A stretch of DNA of 64,000 bases from contig CM121341.1 in assembly GCA_051530055.1 (NCBI GenBank), forward strand, positions 2,966,151-3,030,150, given 5' to 3'. The notes beneath the pieces are model-generated. The model was not told the origin of the DNA, made no database searches, and saw only the letters and a program-made list of their open reading frames with translations. The DNA comes from Neoechinorhynchus agilis (taxonomy: Eukaryota; Animalia; Acanthocephala). Both the position numbers and the translations under genes were made by a program. Below are positions 1 through 12,806 of the stretch, piece by piece; the stretch's first letter is position 1; the number at the start of each line of letters is the position of its first letter.

Positions 1-103
1 GTCCATTCGGCATTGTATTGAAAAAATATCAATCAAAAGACTGCCGGCTGAGCCACATATGAAACATTTTGAAAAAGAGTTTCAGGTTAGTTATTTTTAA
101 CAA

Positions 104-2641
104 TCACAGATAGAACAACTTATCAGCCAACGACAAATCGGGTTCACGTCTTACATATTGGCCGACCAAATACGCAAGTTTGTGTGCATAAAGACAAGGT
201 GCCGGAATCGCGATAGTTCCAGGCCAATTGTAGTAAACGTGAGTGAGTTTGAACGTGAGTTTTTGTAGACGTTCAAGAGTCAGAGGATTGTACGTGTTCA
301 CGAGTACGACGTATCTAGTCGGTGACACGGATCCTTGTCTTGTAAGTTGAGAAACTAATAAAAACTCCTTTTCTGCAAAACGAGCAACGTCAGTGTCAAC
401 AATACATCCTGGACTAGGATTTTGAAGTTTTTGATGTTTATCCAGGCTAAAAATACGTGATTGTATTCGTTTATTGACTGCTATTGTTACAAGATCCGGC
501 TTGTAGGACTCACCAAATGCATATGTTGCGTTTTCGAACTGTTTAACTTCATGTTCAATTATCACTTGGAATTGTGAATCGCCTGCACTATCGCGATAGA
601 TCACAACTTTCGAAGGAAGGTTTCCGGTTGCTGCGTGGTAATGTCGAAGGCAATCTACAAAACAAATCCGAAGTCCGTCTGCAATTTCCTGTCGATTTGA
701 TGGATGCATCGATGCTCGACTGAACCACTGATTACACTTCGAATCCACAGAAGCTACAACGCCTACTACTGATGATCGAGATGATGATAAATCCAAGGAT
801 AGTGTAGATGAGGAACGAGATGCGCCGTGATGGTAAACGTCAACACCAATTACCATGAGTCCTTGAAGAGGAATGTTGATTGACCACAAGTGTCCGCCTA
901 ATTTACAAACCAGTTGCATTAATATTCTCTGAATGATGGTTCGTGCTTTGTTCGCATTAGAAAGACTTCTTGTCAAAATAACTTGATTCGCCATTGGATA
1001 AGCAACACAGCAAGTCGTTTTTATAGCTGCATATCGTTCTTCACGTTGATCAGGGACGATACAGATTGAAAGATCGATTCTATGATTGTTTCGAGCACAA
1101 TCATTGAGTGCCTCAATGTAAGTATGACTTCTGTCATCTTTTATAAGTGCAATGATTGGATCAGGTAGTCGGCTCATTCCGATTGTTATACATTCACGCA
1201 TTGCAGTCTCTTTAAAGAAATAACAAAGCCGTTCGAATTTACGTGGACAAACAATCATCCACTGAGAAGGAGATGCGGTCTTTGCTACTTTCATTCGACT
1301 AAGTTCACGATTCCATTCGGCTGTATGACCAACCCGGAAGCTTCCTCCATTTGCCAAATTTAGAGTTTCAGAAGCTAGCATATTTCCTCGCACTTTAAGG
1401 AATTCGGTGTCTAATTTAAGATGCCATTGTTCAAGACGCGACCTCGCTTCTCGACATGCCATCACATTATCCACATACTTGCACAACTTATCCATTCTTT
1501 GCGTTGGATCCAAATGTACCACGGAACTCAAGTCTTTCATCGCTTTAAAATCCGCTCTAAGAGAATCCGTGAGACCAGTCAAATAACAAAATTCAGGAAT
1601 CAGTTTAACGTATCTATCCGGTCCTTGTGTTGGTCCACGTTGTCTAATCCGGCTCAAAATCAACGGTTGGTCTAAATTAGCGATTTGAAGATCATAAGTT
1701 TTTTTATAATAATCCTCGTAAGTCACAAAATTCCCAGAGTGGTCTTTAAATCCCGAAGATGAAGTTTCATCGAATAAAACATCGTCAACTCGGTAAGTCT
1801 TGTTATTGTACCTCGTCAAAACTACACTTCCGATTAAATCTTTCTTGAATTGCTTCTTAAGATTATCATCATTAGTGCGAGAACAGGCCACCATTTCTTC
1901 GTACATTTGATAACAAGTAATGGTACGGACCACTCGATGACAAACGTCCAAGCACACAAGAAGATGAGTATCATCACGGCCGTGTTTATCCTTTGTTTTA
2001 AAATACGAACAGCTCGTAGCAATCCCCGGCCAAACTTCTAATCTTGACTGTCTCATCAGAATCGAAGCTTTCATGTCGAAATACGTACGTTTTTGAAGAA
2101 CATACCTTAAATCAGACATTATCTGACGAAAAAGGGTATTGAGCACAACGCATGGGACTTCGTTGACCATCTTTTTTACAAGACTGACTTTACAACTAAC
2201 ATGGTTTCCATTCGAATCTCTTAAACTTCCCTCGGTTCGTTGAAGTTCACAGTTGCAAATGTACAGAATCGATCGTCCATCGTAAGCGCTGATTGAAGCT
2301 TCACCGACGATTTGTTTGATTAAGGTCGTTTTTACAGACCGCCTCTCACATTCTGGTTTGAACACTACATTGTACTGGTAGATCAAAAGTGGCTCACAAT
2401 CGACCTGGACTTTAAGGTAGTTGACAACCACGCTCGTTAATCCGGACTCGTTTCTCGGAGAATCTCGGTGTGAGGAAGTAACGTTATTAGAACCTAACAA
2501 GTCCTCCAACGGTCGTCGTTTTCGCAGTTCTAAAGAACGTCCGTTTTCAATGACGGGTGGTGACGATCGATCGGTTTTTGCCATTTCAGCCGATTCTATT
2601 TGACGCATGGCCGCAAGTAGCTTCGCCGTCCGACCCCTCAT
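104..2641 (-). CDS. piwi: Piwi-clade Argonaute, 845 aa, intronless
   Basis: PAZ motif VLTRYNNKTYRVDDV; MID/PIWI motifs KLGGHLW, MVIGVDVYH, RQEIADG, IYRDSAGDSQ, QLTRQGSVSPTRY, YYNWPGTIAIPAPCLYAHKLA; C-terminal LFYL; D-E-D-H tetrad residues present. Confidence 0.97.
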   Translation of the reverse strand: MRGRTAKLLAAMRQIESAEMAKTDRSSPPVIENGRSLELRKRRPLEDLLGSNNVTSSHRDSPRNESGLTSVVVNYLKVQVDCEPLLIYQYNVVFKPECERRSVKTTLIKQIVGEASISAYDGRSILYICNCELQRTEGSLRDSNGNHVSCKVSLVKKMVNEVPCVVLNTLFRQIMSDLRYVLQKRTYFDMKASILMRQSRLEVWPGIATSCSYFKTKDKHGRDDTHLLVCLDVCHRVVRTITCYQMYEEMVACSRTNDDNLKKQFKKDLIGSVVLTRYNNKTYRVDDVLFDETSSSGFKDHSGNFVTYEDYYKKTYDLQIANLDQPLILSRIRQRGPTQGPDRYVKLIPEFCYLTGLTDSLRADFKAMKDLSSVVHLDPTQRMDKLCKYVDNVMACREARSRLEQWHLKLDTEFLKVRGNMLASETLNLANGGSFRVGHTAEWNRELSRMKVAKTASPSQWMIVCPRKFERLCYFFKETAMRECITIGMSRLPDPIIALIKDDRSHTYIEALNDCARNNHRIDLSICIVPDQREERYAAIKTTCCVAYPMANQVILTRSLSNANKARTIIQRILMQLVCKLGGHLWSINIPLQGLMVIGVDVYHHGASRSSSTLSLDLSSSRSSVVGVVASVDSKCNQWFSRASMHPSNRQEIADGLRICFVDCLRHYHAATGNLPSKVVIYRDSAGDSQFQVIIEHEVKQFENATYAFGESYKPDLVTIAVNKRIQSRIFSLDKHQKLQNPSPGCIVDTDVARFAEKEFLLVSQLTRQGSVSPTRYVVLVNTYNPLTLERLQKLTFKLTHVYYNWPGTIAIPAPCLYAHKLAYLVGQYVRREPDLSLADKLFYL

Positions 2642-2746
2642 TTTTATTATCTAAAATGAGGAGAGGTTAATCCATCTTTTCAGTATTCTCTTGAAAAGAA
2701 TAACGAATTTACTTTAAGGGAAGATTTTTCTAAGAGAATATAAACA

Positions 2747-5700
2747 GATTTTAACCCAGTGGAAAACACCACATTACGATTTCTAATCCTAGGAAAAAAT
2801 TAGCCCTTCTGCAAATATCGTCCATTATCAATTCGTAAATTTATAAAATTGTTCTGAAATTCGACTTTAAGAGAAAATTTTAACCCAGTGGAAAACACCA
2901 CATTAAGATTTCAAATCCTAGGATAAAATTAGCCCTTCTGCAAATATCGTCCATTATCAATTCGTGGAAAACACCACATTACGATTTCTAATCCTAGGAT
3001 AAAATTAGCCCTTCTGCAAATATCGACCATTATCAATTCGTAAATTTATAAAATTGTTTTGAAATTCGACTTTAAGAGAAAATTTTAACCCAGTGGAAAA
3101 CACCACATTACGATTTCTAATCCTAGGATAAAATTAGCCCTTCTGCAAATATCGTCCATTATCAATTCGCAAATTTATAAAATTGTTTTGAAATTCGACT
3201 TTAAGAGAAAATTTTAACCCAGTGGAAAACACCACATTAAGATTTCTAATCCTAGGATAAAATTAGCCCTTCTGCAAATATCGTCCATTATCAATTCGCA
3301 AATTTATAAAATTGTTCTGAAATTCGACTTTAAGAGAAAATTTTAACCCAGTGGAAAACACCACATTAAGATTTCTAATCCTAGGATAAAATTAGCCCTT
3401 CTGCAAATATCGTCCATTATCAATTCGCAAATTTATAAAATTGTTCTGAAATTCGACTTTAAGAGAAAATTTTAACCCAGTGGAAAACACCACATTAAGA
3501 TTTCTAATCCTAGGATAAAATTAGCCCTTCTGCAAATATCGACCATTATCAATTCGCAAATTTATAAAATTGTTTTGAAATTCGACTTTAAGAGAAAATT
3601 TTAACCCAGTGGAAAACACCACATTAAGATTTCTAATCCTAGGATAAAATTAGCCCTTCTGCAAATATCGACCATTATCAATTCGTAAATTTATAAAATT
3701 GTTTTGAAATTCGACTTTAAGAGAAAATTTTAACCCAGTGGAAAACACCACATTAAGATTTCTAATCCTAGGATAAAATTAGCCCTTCTGCAAATATCGT
3801 CCATTATCAATTCGCAAATTTATAAAATTGTTTTGAAATTCGACTTTAAGAGAAAATTTTAACCCAGTGGAAAACACCACATTAAGATTTCTAATCCTAG
3901 GATAAAATTAGCCCTTCTGCAAATATCGTCCATTATCAATTCGTAAATTTATAAAATTGTTTTGAAATTCGACTTTAAGAGAAAATTTTAACCCAGTGGA
4001 AAACACCACATTAAGATTTCTAATCCTAGGATAAAATTAGCCCTTCTGCAAATATCGACCATTATCAATTCGCAAATTTATAAAATTGTTTTGAAATTCG
4101 ACTTTAAGAGAAAATTTTAACCCAGTGGAAAACACCACATTAAGATTTCTAATCCTAGGATAAAATTAGCCCTTCTGCAAATATCGTCCATTATCAATTC
4201 GCAAATTTATAAAATTGTTTTGAAATTCGACTTTAAGAGAAAATTTTAACCCAGTGGAAAACACCACATTAAGATTTCTAATCCTAGGATAAAATTAGCC
4301 CTTCTGCAAATATCGACCATTATCAATTCGTAAATTTATAAAATTGTTTTGAAATTCGACTTTAAGAGAAAATTTTAACCCAGTGGAAAACACCACATTA
4401 AGATTTCTAATCCTAGGATAAAATTAGCCCTTCTGCAAATATCGTCCATTATCAATTCGCAAATTTATAAAATTGTTTTGAAATTCGACTTTAAGAGAAA
4501 ATTTTAACCCAGTGGAAAACACCACATTAAGATTTCTAATCCTAGGATAAAATTAGCCCTTCTGCAAATATCGTCCATTATCAATTCGCAAATTTATAAA
4601 ATTGTTCTGAAATTCGACTTTAAGAGAAAATTTTAACCCAGTGGAAAACACCACATTAAGATTTCTAATCCTAGGATAAAATTAGCCCTTCTGCAAATAT
4701 CGACCATTATCAATTCGCAAATTTATAAAATTGTTCTGAAATTCGACTTTAAGAGAAAATTTTAACCCAGTGGAAACACCACATTAAGATTTCTAATCCT
4801 AGATAAAATTACCCTTCTGCAAATATCGACCATTATCAATTCGCAAATTTATAAAATTGTTTTGAAATTCGACTTTAAGAGAAAATTTTAACCCAGTGGA
4901 AAACACCACATTAAGATTTCTAATCCTAGGATAAAATTAGCCCTTCTGCAAATATCGTCCATTATCAATTCGCAAATTTATAAAATTGTTTTGAAATTCG
5001 ACTTTAAGAGAAAATTTTAACCCAGTGGAAAACACCACATTAAGATTTCTAATCCTAGGATAAAATTAGCCCTTCTGCAAATATCGTCCATTATCAATTC
5101 GCAAATTTATAAAATTGTTCTGAAATTCGACTTAAGAGAAAATTTTAACCCAGTGGAAAACACCACATTAAGATTTCTAATCCTAGGATAAAATTAGCCC
5201 TTCTGCAAATATCGTCCATTATCAATTCGCAAATTTATAAAATTGTTCTGAAATTCGACTTTAAGAGAAAATTTTAACCCAGTGGAAAACACCACATTAA
5301 GATTTCTAATCCTAGGATAAAATTAGCCCTTCTGCAAATATCGACCATTATCAATTCGCAAATTTATAAAATTGTTTTGAAATTCGACTTTAAGAGAAAA
5401 TTTTAACCCAGTGGAAAACACCACATTAAGATTTCTAATCCTAGGATAAAATTAGCCCTTCTGCAAATATCGTCCATTATCAATTCGCAAATTTATAAAA
5501 TTGTTCTGAAATTCGACTTTAAGAGAAAATTTTAACCCAGTGGAAAACACCACATTAAGATTTCTAATCCTAGGATAAAATTAGCCCTTCTGCAAATATC
5601 GTCCATTATCAATTCGCAAATTTATAAAATTGTTCTGAAATTCGACTTTAAGAGAAAATTTTAACCCAGTGGAAAACACCACATTAAGATTTCTAATCCT

Positions 5701-6037
5701 AGGATAAAATTAGCCCTTCTGCAAATATCGACCATTATCAATTCGCAAATTTATAAAATTGTTTTGAAATTCGACTTTAAGAGAAAATTTTAACCCAGTG
5801 GAAAACACCACATTAAGATTTCTAATCCTAGGATAAAATTAGCCCTTCTGCAAATATCGTCCATTATCAATTCGTAAATTTATAAAATTGTTCTGAAATT
5901 CGACTTTAAGAGAAAATTTTAACCCAGTGGAAAACACCACATTACGATTTCTAATCCTAGGATAAAATTAGCCCTTCTGCAAATATCGTCCATTATCAAT
6001 TCGCAAATTTATAAAATTGTTTTGAAATTCGACTTTA
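2747..6037. repeat. 129-bp tandem satellite, ~25 copies, directly upstream of piwi
   Basis: Unit ...ttttaacccagtggaaaacaccacattaagatttctaatcctagg... recurs at 3092, 3221, 3350 (period 129); only a few SNP variants. Confidence 0.97.
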
Positions 6038-6189
6038 AAGCAACCGATTCAGGCTTATGAATGACGAAATAATCCGCGATTCTTTCGGCGCTGGAAATGC
6101 CAACTCATCCTTTTGCCTTCTAACGGATTTCGTCGGGAACTTTTGAGCGATTCTTGGATTTGGCTTATGAATTGTATAGATTTTGTCAA

Positions 6190-6670
6190 ACTCAGTCTCT
6201 AGATATCGTCACACTCGAAGTCTCTGTTTTTCGTTACACTCAAAGTCTCTAGATTTCGTCACAGTCAAAGTTTCTGGATTTCGTTACACTCAAAGTCTCT
6301 GTTTTTCGTTACACTCAAAGTCTCTGGATTTCGTCACAGTCAAAGTTTCTGGATTTTGTTACACTCAAAGTCCCTAGATTTCGTCACAGTCAAAGTCTCT
6401 AGATTTTGTTACACTCAAAGTCTCTGTTTTTCGTTACGCTCAAAGTCTCTAGATTTCGTCACAGTCAAAGTCTCTAGATTTCGTCACAGTCAAAGTCTCT
6501 GGATTTTGTTACACTCAAAGTCTCTGTTTTTCGTTACGCTCAAAGTCTCTAGATTTCGTCACAGTCAAAGTCTCTAGATTTCGTCACAGTCAAAGTCTCT
6601 GGATTTCGTTACACTCAAAGTCTCTGGATTTCGTCACACTGAAAGTCTCTAGATTTCGCCACAGTCTCTA
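6190..6670. repeat. 25-bp minisatellite, ~19 copies
   Basis: Unit agatttcgtcacagtcaaagtctct and variants (tttcgttacactcaaagtctctg). Confidence 0.92.
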
Positions 6671-7879
6671 GATTGGACCACTCAACGTTACTTCTGCGGC
6701 TTTTCACTCTTAGAAGCAAAGAGTCGCATTTCTTATAGAATCCATAGGTCCATTTGACTTTGTTTGTGGTCGTCCGGTTTGCTATCTGCTTCGGATTTCA
6801 TTTCCTCTGCATAGCGCCAATTTGAAGTCCGCTCTTTTTGTTTACTTTTCTGCGAGCGGTTCAGATCATGGTTGTTGTTTTTGTGATGGAGATGGAATCA
6901 GTGTTGTTTTGAGCATCGCATTTTCTACTCACATTTGATCGTATTGTTTGTTGAAATTTCGGCCATCTTTGCAAACAAGGTAAGATGTGCCGATGAAGGC
7001 AGGCCTAATCATTCCGGACACAGAATGATGATTTGTGCTAATTGTGAAGCGTTCGCCGCCATTCCACGAGACTCGGGCGAATTGTAGATCAACTGTCGTC
7101 GTCGTTTGGTTCGCAGTAGCTGGATTTGCAATAACTGTTAAGTATTGGCAAAATGTGACACTGTTGTTTTATTTCTATCCAATTGTTCCTTCGAGTAGAT
7201 GTGTATTCTCAATGGCGAATTGTAACACACTCGAGTTTTGTAGAAATCTTCATTGCGAATTTTTACGGCTTCAACCTCCTTCCCAAGCATTGTTTCGCAA
7301 GTTTGTCACCTGCAAGATCAGCATCATTGTTCGTGATTAAGATAAGATCCTTTATTGCCGTTCTAATTTTCGATCAATCATTCGGTCACAGGAATCCTGT
7401 GTTTCTTTTTGAAGGCGAATACCCATCTACATGTCATTTCCTTATGCTTTATTACGGCGATTCAAAGATCGGTACAGTTTGCCACCGCAGTCAATGCCGA
7501 ATATAATTTTTAAGATTGAAGCCGAGCAACTAAACTTTAAAAATTAAACTGATGGAACCTAAGCTTTTGCTTGCTTTCGCTTCACTTTTTTCAACCGTTT
7601 CAATGAATAACCGAAATCTTATGTTATATGCCAGCGGTCGTGTTTTCTTCATTACCCAATGAAGATCTACATCACTTCGTCGACTCCTTGTCTACGATTA
7701 AAACCTTAAGGCAATATGTCGTCTATTCGCCTTGTTTCTATATCTCAGCTTTAATGCCGTTTACCAATAATCTATAGCAAATGAATTTAGTCTTTAATGC
7801 CCTGTCATAATAGTACATTGGTCAGAAGGTCTTACAAAATTGTGCGGGATTGATAAGTCGAATATTGAATAGAGAAACA

Positions 7880-8989
7880 CCGTAAAACATTAGTTCTGTG
7901 GGAAAATAGGGCGTAAGCTCTTTAAAAATATTTGGGAGTCCTTTTAGATTTTCAAATAGCGTTCATCGAAATGGACACCTTGGAGAGGTTGTTTATTTTA
8001 CTATTAGAAATGATCGCAGAATTGTCTAAAACAATCGAGAAATTCGTATAATTGACATTTCGACGTTAAAAAAGAAATTAGAGTTATTTGTTTGCGTTTA
8101 CAGTATCAAAAAGCTTGAGATTTTATAGGTATATCGGGGAAAACATCAGTTTTGTTGTAAAACGGTCCGTAATCTCTTGGAAGGACTTGGGAATCCTTTT
8201 TGATTTTCAAATGGCGTTCATCGAAATGGACACCTTGGAGAGGTTGTTTATTTTACTATTAGAAATGATCGCAGAATTGTCTAAAACAATCGAGAAATTC
8301 GTATAATTGACATTTCGACGTTAAAAAAGAAATTAGAGTTATTTGTTTTCGTTTACAGTATCAAAAAGCTTAAGATTTTATAGGTATATCGGGGAAAACA
8401 TCAGTTTTGTTGTAAAACGGTCCGTAATCTCTTGGAAGGACTTGGGAATCCTTTTTGATTTTCAAATGGCGTTCATCGAAATGGACACCTTGGAGAGGTT
8501 GTTTATTTTACTATTAGAAATGATCGCAGAATTGTCTAAAACAAGCGAGAAATTCGTATAATTGACATTATCGATATTAAAAAAGAAATTAGAGTTATTT
8601 GTTTTCGTTTACAGTATCAAAAAGCTTAAGATTTTATAGGTATATCGGGGGAAACATCAGTTTTGTTGTAAAACGGTCCGTAATCTCTTGGAAGGACTTG
8701 GGAATCCTTTTTGATTTTCAAATGACGTTCATCGAAATGGACACCTTGGAGAGGTTGTTTATTTCACTATTAGAAATGATCGAAGAATTGTCTAAAACAA
8801 TCGAGAAATTCGTATAATTGACATTTCGACGTTAAAAAAGAAATTAGAGTTATTTGTTTTCGTTTACAGTATCAAAAAGCTTAAGATTTTATAGGTATAT
8901 CGGGGAAAACATCAGTTTTGTTGTAAAACGGTCCGTAATCTCTTGGAAGGACTTAGGAATCCTTTTTGATTTTCAAATGGCGTTCATCA
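7880..8989. repeat. ~256-bp tandem repeat, ~4.3 copies
   Basis: Near-identical 72-aa ORFs at 8088, 8343, 8599 mark a period of 255-256; first copy is diverged. Confidence 0.95.
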
Positions 8990-9975
8990 CATTAGAGTAA
9001 CGGCGGTCGGCAGTTTTTCGTTAAATCCTCCTCCGATACGATCCCCTATGTTTTATCATCGTAATCAGAAGTGAAGATGGCAATTTCCTCTTTTGCTAAC
9101 GGATCAGCTCACGGACTTGACGGGCTTCGGTCCGACGCTGTACAGAACCTCCAAGATGCATTGGCACGCCTAGTCGACCAATTTGCAGGGGGAGAGATGA
9201 TTCCGAAAGCAACTGAGTTACTTTTTGGCGCATCTTTGTGTGTCCTCGCAAAAAGGAAGGTGGGATTCGTCTCATTGCAATGGGACAACTCTGCGCCGCT
9301 ATTTCGTTAATGCTTCATGGGACTGCAACTCCCTTGTTGTTCAATAATCACGTTTTGTGGTAAGAAAGCGAAGTTCAACAAAGGGATCCTTTGGGCCATC
9401 TAGCCTACTCACTCGCAGTCAATCCAGTCGCGCACTCTCTCCAGTCCAGCTTTGACGGCGATTTGGAGACACTCGTGAAGGAAACGGCGAAAATTTTCCA
9501 TTGCATCGAATGCTGCGAAATGCGAGATTTTAGTGATGAGCGTGGGGTAACGAGGGAAAGTATCGTGAAAGATTTTCAGAATCCGTGCCCCGGGATAGAA
9601 TTGATCACTCTAGACCGGTTGAGTCTTCTAGGAGGCTGCTTTTTTGGTTGTGATGTTGAAGCAGGGATTGCCAATCTTCAACCGCAACTTTCGGTGCTGT
9701 GCGAACGAGTCAATGAATTATCTTCACACGAGGCTCTGTTCCTGATCAAGAACATCCTCTTTATTCCAAAACTGCTGTATAAGCTGCGCACTGCATCTTT
9801 TTTAGACATAAGGATAAGCTGGCAAAATTAGACGAGACGGCGAAAGCCTCTCTCCTGAAAATTTTAAATACTCAGCAGTCTGACGAGGCCTGGGGTCAAG
9901 CGTCATGCCTGTGTCGTCCGGCGGTTTGGGTATTCGAAAAGTAGCCGATATTTCTCTGCCAGGTTATTTGGGCGA
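8990..9975 (+). mobile_element. Degenerate CRE-like (REL-type) non-LTR retrotransposon, RT fragment
   Basis: ALARLVDQFAGGE, FGASLCVLAK, VQQRDPLG (QGDPLG motif), ALFLIKNILFIPKLLYKLRT; frameshifts and stops. Confidence 0.8.
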
Positions 9976-9980
9976 CACCG

Positions 9981-11450
9981 ATGCCGTCCCCTCGCTTCGC
10001 TCGGAGCCTGAATGCTAGACAACAATATGAAGACGGAAACTTGCCCGCCCAAAATGAGCCAAGTGAAAAGACCGAAGAAACGCCCAACGCTACCGGGACC
10101 CCACGCCTAAATTATATTCATCAAATCACTGACGCAGACACTTTGAACGCGCCACTTATCGATCGCGCTCAACCTAAGAAGACCAACGCTGCCGTGCTCC
10201 AACGCGTCTCTAATGCTGTGTGTTCGGTTTGCGGTAAGTCTTTCAAATTAACTAATTTTGGGGTTTTGTTTGCTCATGGTCCCCGGGACTTCCATTGTAG
10301 CGGGTCCGGTTCTCCATCACAATCAGCCGATCTGTTTATGCCTGGGACCCCTCAGATAACCACTGACTCTATTTCGCTACCTGATATCGTGCGGTTTCTG
10401 CCCAGGAACGTCCTGGTCGCTAAAGGATTTACAGGATTGCTCAACGACTGCCTTCAAAGTAACTGTGCGCCATCATGGACGCGGCTCTTCGTATTCCCGC
10501 GCTTAGTCCTTTGCATCAGTGATGGTTCTGGGGTGTCTTTGACATCAACAATCAAGGAAAGGGTGGCCTCCTTCTAACAGATATTTAACAATTTCGAAAT
10601 GAAATTTCCGGAGGTTCGTAAGGGACGCACGAAGGAAGGGTTTCGTTGCCGTTTTTCAAAGCGATCCCTGGCTGAACGTGTCTCTTCGAAGCTTGCGGAC
10701 GGAGATATTCGGGGGCTGTTCGGTTATTGTCATCCTCCGACAGTTTCGCAAAAGGAGACAGCGAGACGCTACAAATACTCCGGTCGAAGCACCCATGTAG
10801 TAGCGGAAGTTTTGAAATTCCATCTCCTCCCATACAAGACAGGACGCGAACTCAAATTTCAGAGTTACAAAAGGCCATCTCATCTTTTGCAAATGGTTAG
10901 GGTCATGGGCTTGACGGACTAAGGCCTCAGCACCTAAAGGACATGATGTCCTTTACAGCTGGTGAAGCAGCTCTCTCTCTAAGAAGTGCGCTTTCTCGGT
11001 TAGTCGACCGCCTGACTGGAGAGGACCTGAATCCCGTTGCAAAAGCCTTTTTTTCGGAGTATCTTTATGTGCCCTCGCAAAAAAAGTTGCGATTCATCCT
11101 ATCGCCGTATCTTCGACGATACGAGGACTTGCAGGAAAAATTCTCTGTAGACGTATCACAGAGAAAACCGGACAGCAACTTCGCCCAGTCCAACTGCGCG
11201 TCCTGCGGGGCGGAAGCTATTGTCCATGCGCTCCGAAACTTTAAAACGAAGAGTTCAGAGCCGTGCGTGATTCGTAAGTGTGATTTTCAGAATGCCTTTA
11301 ACTCTCTCAATCGAGAAAGCATATTCTGCGCTATTAGGGATCACGCACTAGAAGCCTTCCAGTATTTTCTCAATGCCTACGGGACCGCGACTCCTTTGCT
11401 TTTCGAAGATCACCTCATTTGGTCCGAAAGAGGAGTGAAGCAAAGAGATG
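9981..11450 (+). mobile_element. Second CRE-like element: N-terminal zinc finger to RT start, truncated at the EVE junction
   Basis: CSVCGKSF..GVLFAHGPRDFHCSGSG finger; CGAEAIVHALR, KCDFQNAFNSLNR, WSERGVKQRD; frameshifted. Confidence 0.82.
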
Positions 11451-11546
11451 ACACTAGAGTTGATTTCGCTCTTACCACTTGTAACCAGTTGTCATAATTA
11501 TTGTGCTCCTACACATTTTGAACAACTATCTTCTTCTCGTACAAAC

Positions 11547-12806
11547 ATGGTGAATGAGAAGCGCCAGTTAAGGCAAGACAAATACCGCGAAATGCGAAAT
11601 GCTCAATACCTTGAAAGTGACGAATATAAGAATTCGTTTGGTCCGCCTGAATATCACGGCCCATCAAGAGGAAGAGCAAGAAGTAACTTCAGAAAGAGAG
11701 TGCTTGGTAGAACAGGTCAAAACATTGAAGCAGCCAAAATCAGTAAAGCCAATACCCAGTCAGTTTCGACTAGACTTGAGTCTACAAACAGAGATATCTC
11801 AACCATAGAAAGATTCGGTGCCACACACGTTAATCTCGGGTATCTGTCCGGTGCGCCAACTTTCCTCCCCTATGTTGCGCCAAGCGGACTTGATGGCTCT
11901 GCCATCACTTTACCAGCCGCAAGAATCATTGAATCGCTAGCGATCGGACTTTATGTCCAGAAAGTATCTGAGAATGAGTATGGTTTGGTTGACGAATCGT
12001 TCAACACTCTGTGGAACACGTCGAATATTGCAACACCAAACGTTTTCTCAATGATCTCAGCTTTACGTCCGGTTAGAACCAATGACTACACAATCGTTAA
12101 GAAACAGAAACCAGTAAATATTGAATGGGTCTACAAGGATAATGCTACAACACTGAGACTCGAGAGATATTTAACTTTGGTTAACGATCCACTTATGATG
12201 GGATTAATTAGCGCATGTTACGAACGATCAACATTGGACCAATTACATACTGCGATACTGTTGAGAGTGCACGCTAAATTACCCAATTTATCTGATACAG
12301 TAGTCAATGTGGACATGGGAAATACCTTAGAGTTCCTTCAAATTCCACCAATTCGAACCAAAGACAAGCAGGCGATTATAGAAACTATGGCTATGTTTGG
12401 ATGCTCCCAACATGATGGATGGGGCATTGATCGAAATCTAGACTTGGAGGATGTTTCCATTGAAAGTCTGTTCAATCAGTTCAAATCAAGTTTCCACAGG
12501 ACTGACTTAAACCAATACCTGGATTTAACGGTGCCTATGACTCAAAGCAACATCGCAGTAGTTGCAGTCATGACGGTTTTGAATTTCACCGATAGCAACG
12601 CTAATCCAATCCATAACTATGGAATTTGGCGAACAGAAAGTCCAACAAGGTACGAGTTACCATACAGAATGGAACGAAACATCTTTGGTGTGCTAGTCAG
12701 CACTTTACTCCGGCTCTTCGATACCACTCTAGTAACTGAGTTAGACAAGTTACACTATCAAGCAAGAAGTACATGCATACAAGTTGATGGTCCAAACCAC
12801 GCTTAA
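11547..12806 (+). CDS. Intact intronless orphan ORF (~419 aa from MVNEK; ORF-track frame opens at 11448), candidate RNA-virus capsid-like endogenous viral element
   Basis: Uninterrupted ORF amid decayed sequence; Arg-rich N-terminal arm (GPSRGRARSNFRKRVLGR); abrupt junctions with a retroelement RT (left) and an SLC17 remnant (right); ~1.4-kb block. The viral assignment is inference. Confidence 0.5.
   Translation: MVNEKRQLRQDKYREMRNAQYLESDEYKNSFGPPEYHGPSRGRARSNFRKRVLGRTGQNIEAAKISKANTQSVSTRLESTNRDISTIERFGATHVNLGYLSGAPTFLPYVAPSGLDGSAITLPAARIIESLAIGLYVQKVSENEYGLVDESFNTLWNTSNIATPNVFSMISALRPVRTNDYTIVKKQKPVNIEWVYKDNATTLRLERYLTLVNDPLMMGLISACYERSTLDQLHTAILLRVHAKLPNLSDTVVNVDMGNTLEFLQIPPIRTKDKQAIIETMAMFGCSQHDGWGIDRNLDLEDVSIESLFNQFKSSFHRTDLNQYLDLTVPMTQSNIAVVAVMTVLNFTDSNANPIHNYGIWRTESPTRYELPYRMERNIFGVLVSTLLRLFDTTLVTELDKLHYQARSTCIQVDGPNHA

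Noticed and set aside
1421-2603. Short ORFs antisense to or overlapping piwi, and similar ones over TFIIB, the zinc-finger gene, pch2 and the Penelope ORF
   Set aside because: Shadow frames of real coding sequence
2747-6037. CRISPR-like appearance of the array beside an Argonaute gene
   Set aside because: Units are near-identical end to end with no unique spacers, and the context is eukaryotic; same for the other arrays
6720-7510. ORFs 7035-7340 and 7183-7506, and protein-like - strand fragments
   Set aside because: Non-ATG starts, frequent stops, no identifiable motif
8088-8817. Three 72-aa ORFs in tandem
   Set aside because: They only reflect the 256-bp repeat; TTG starts and no recognisable motif
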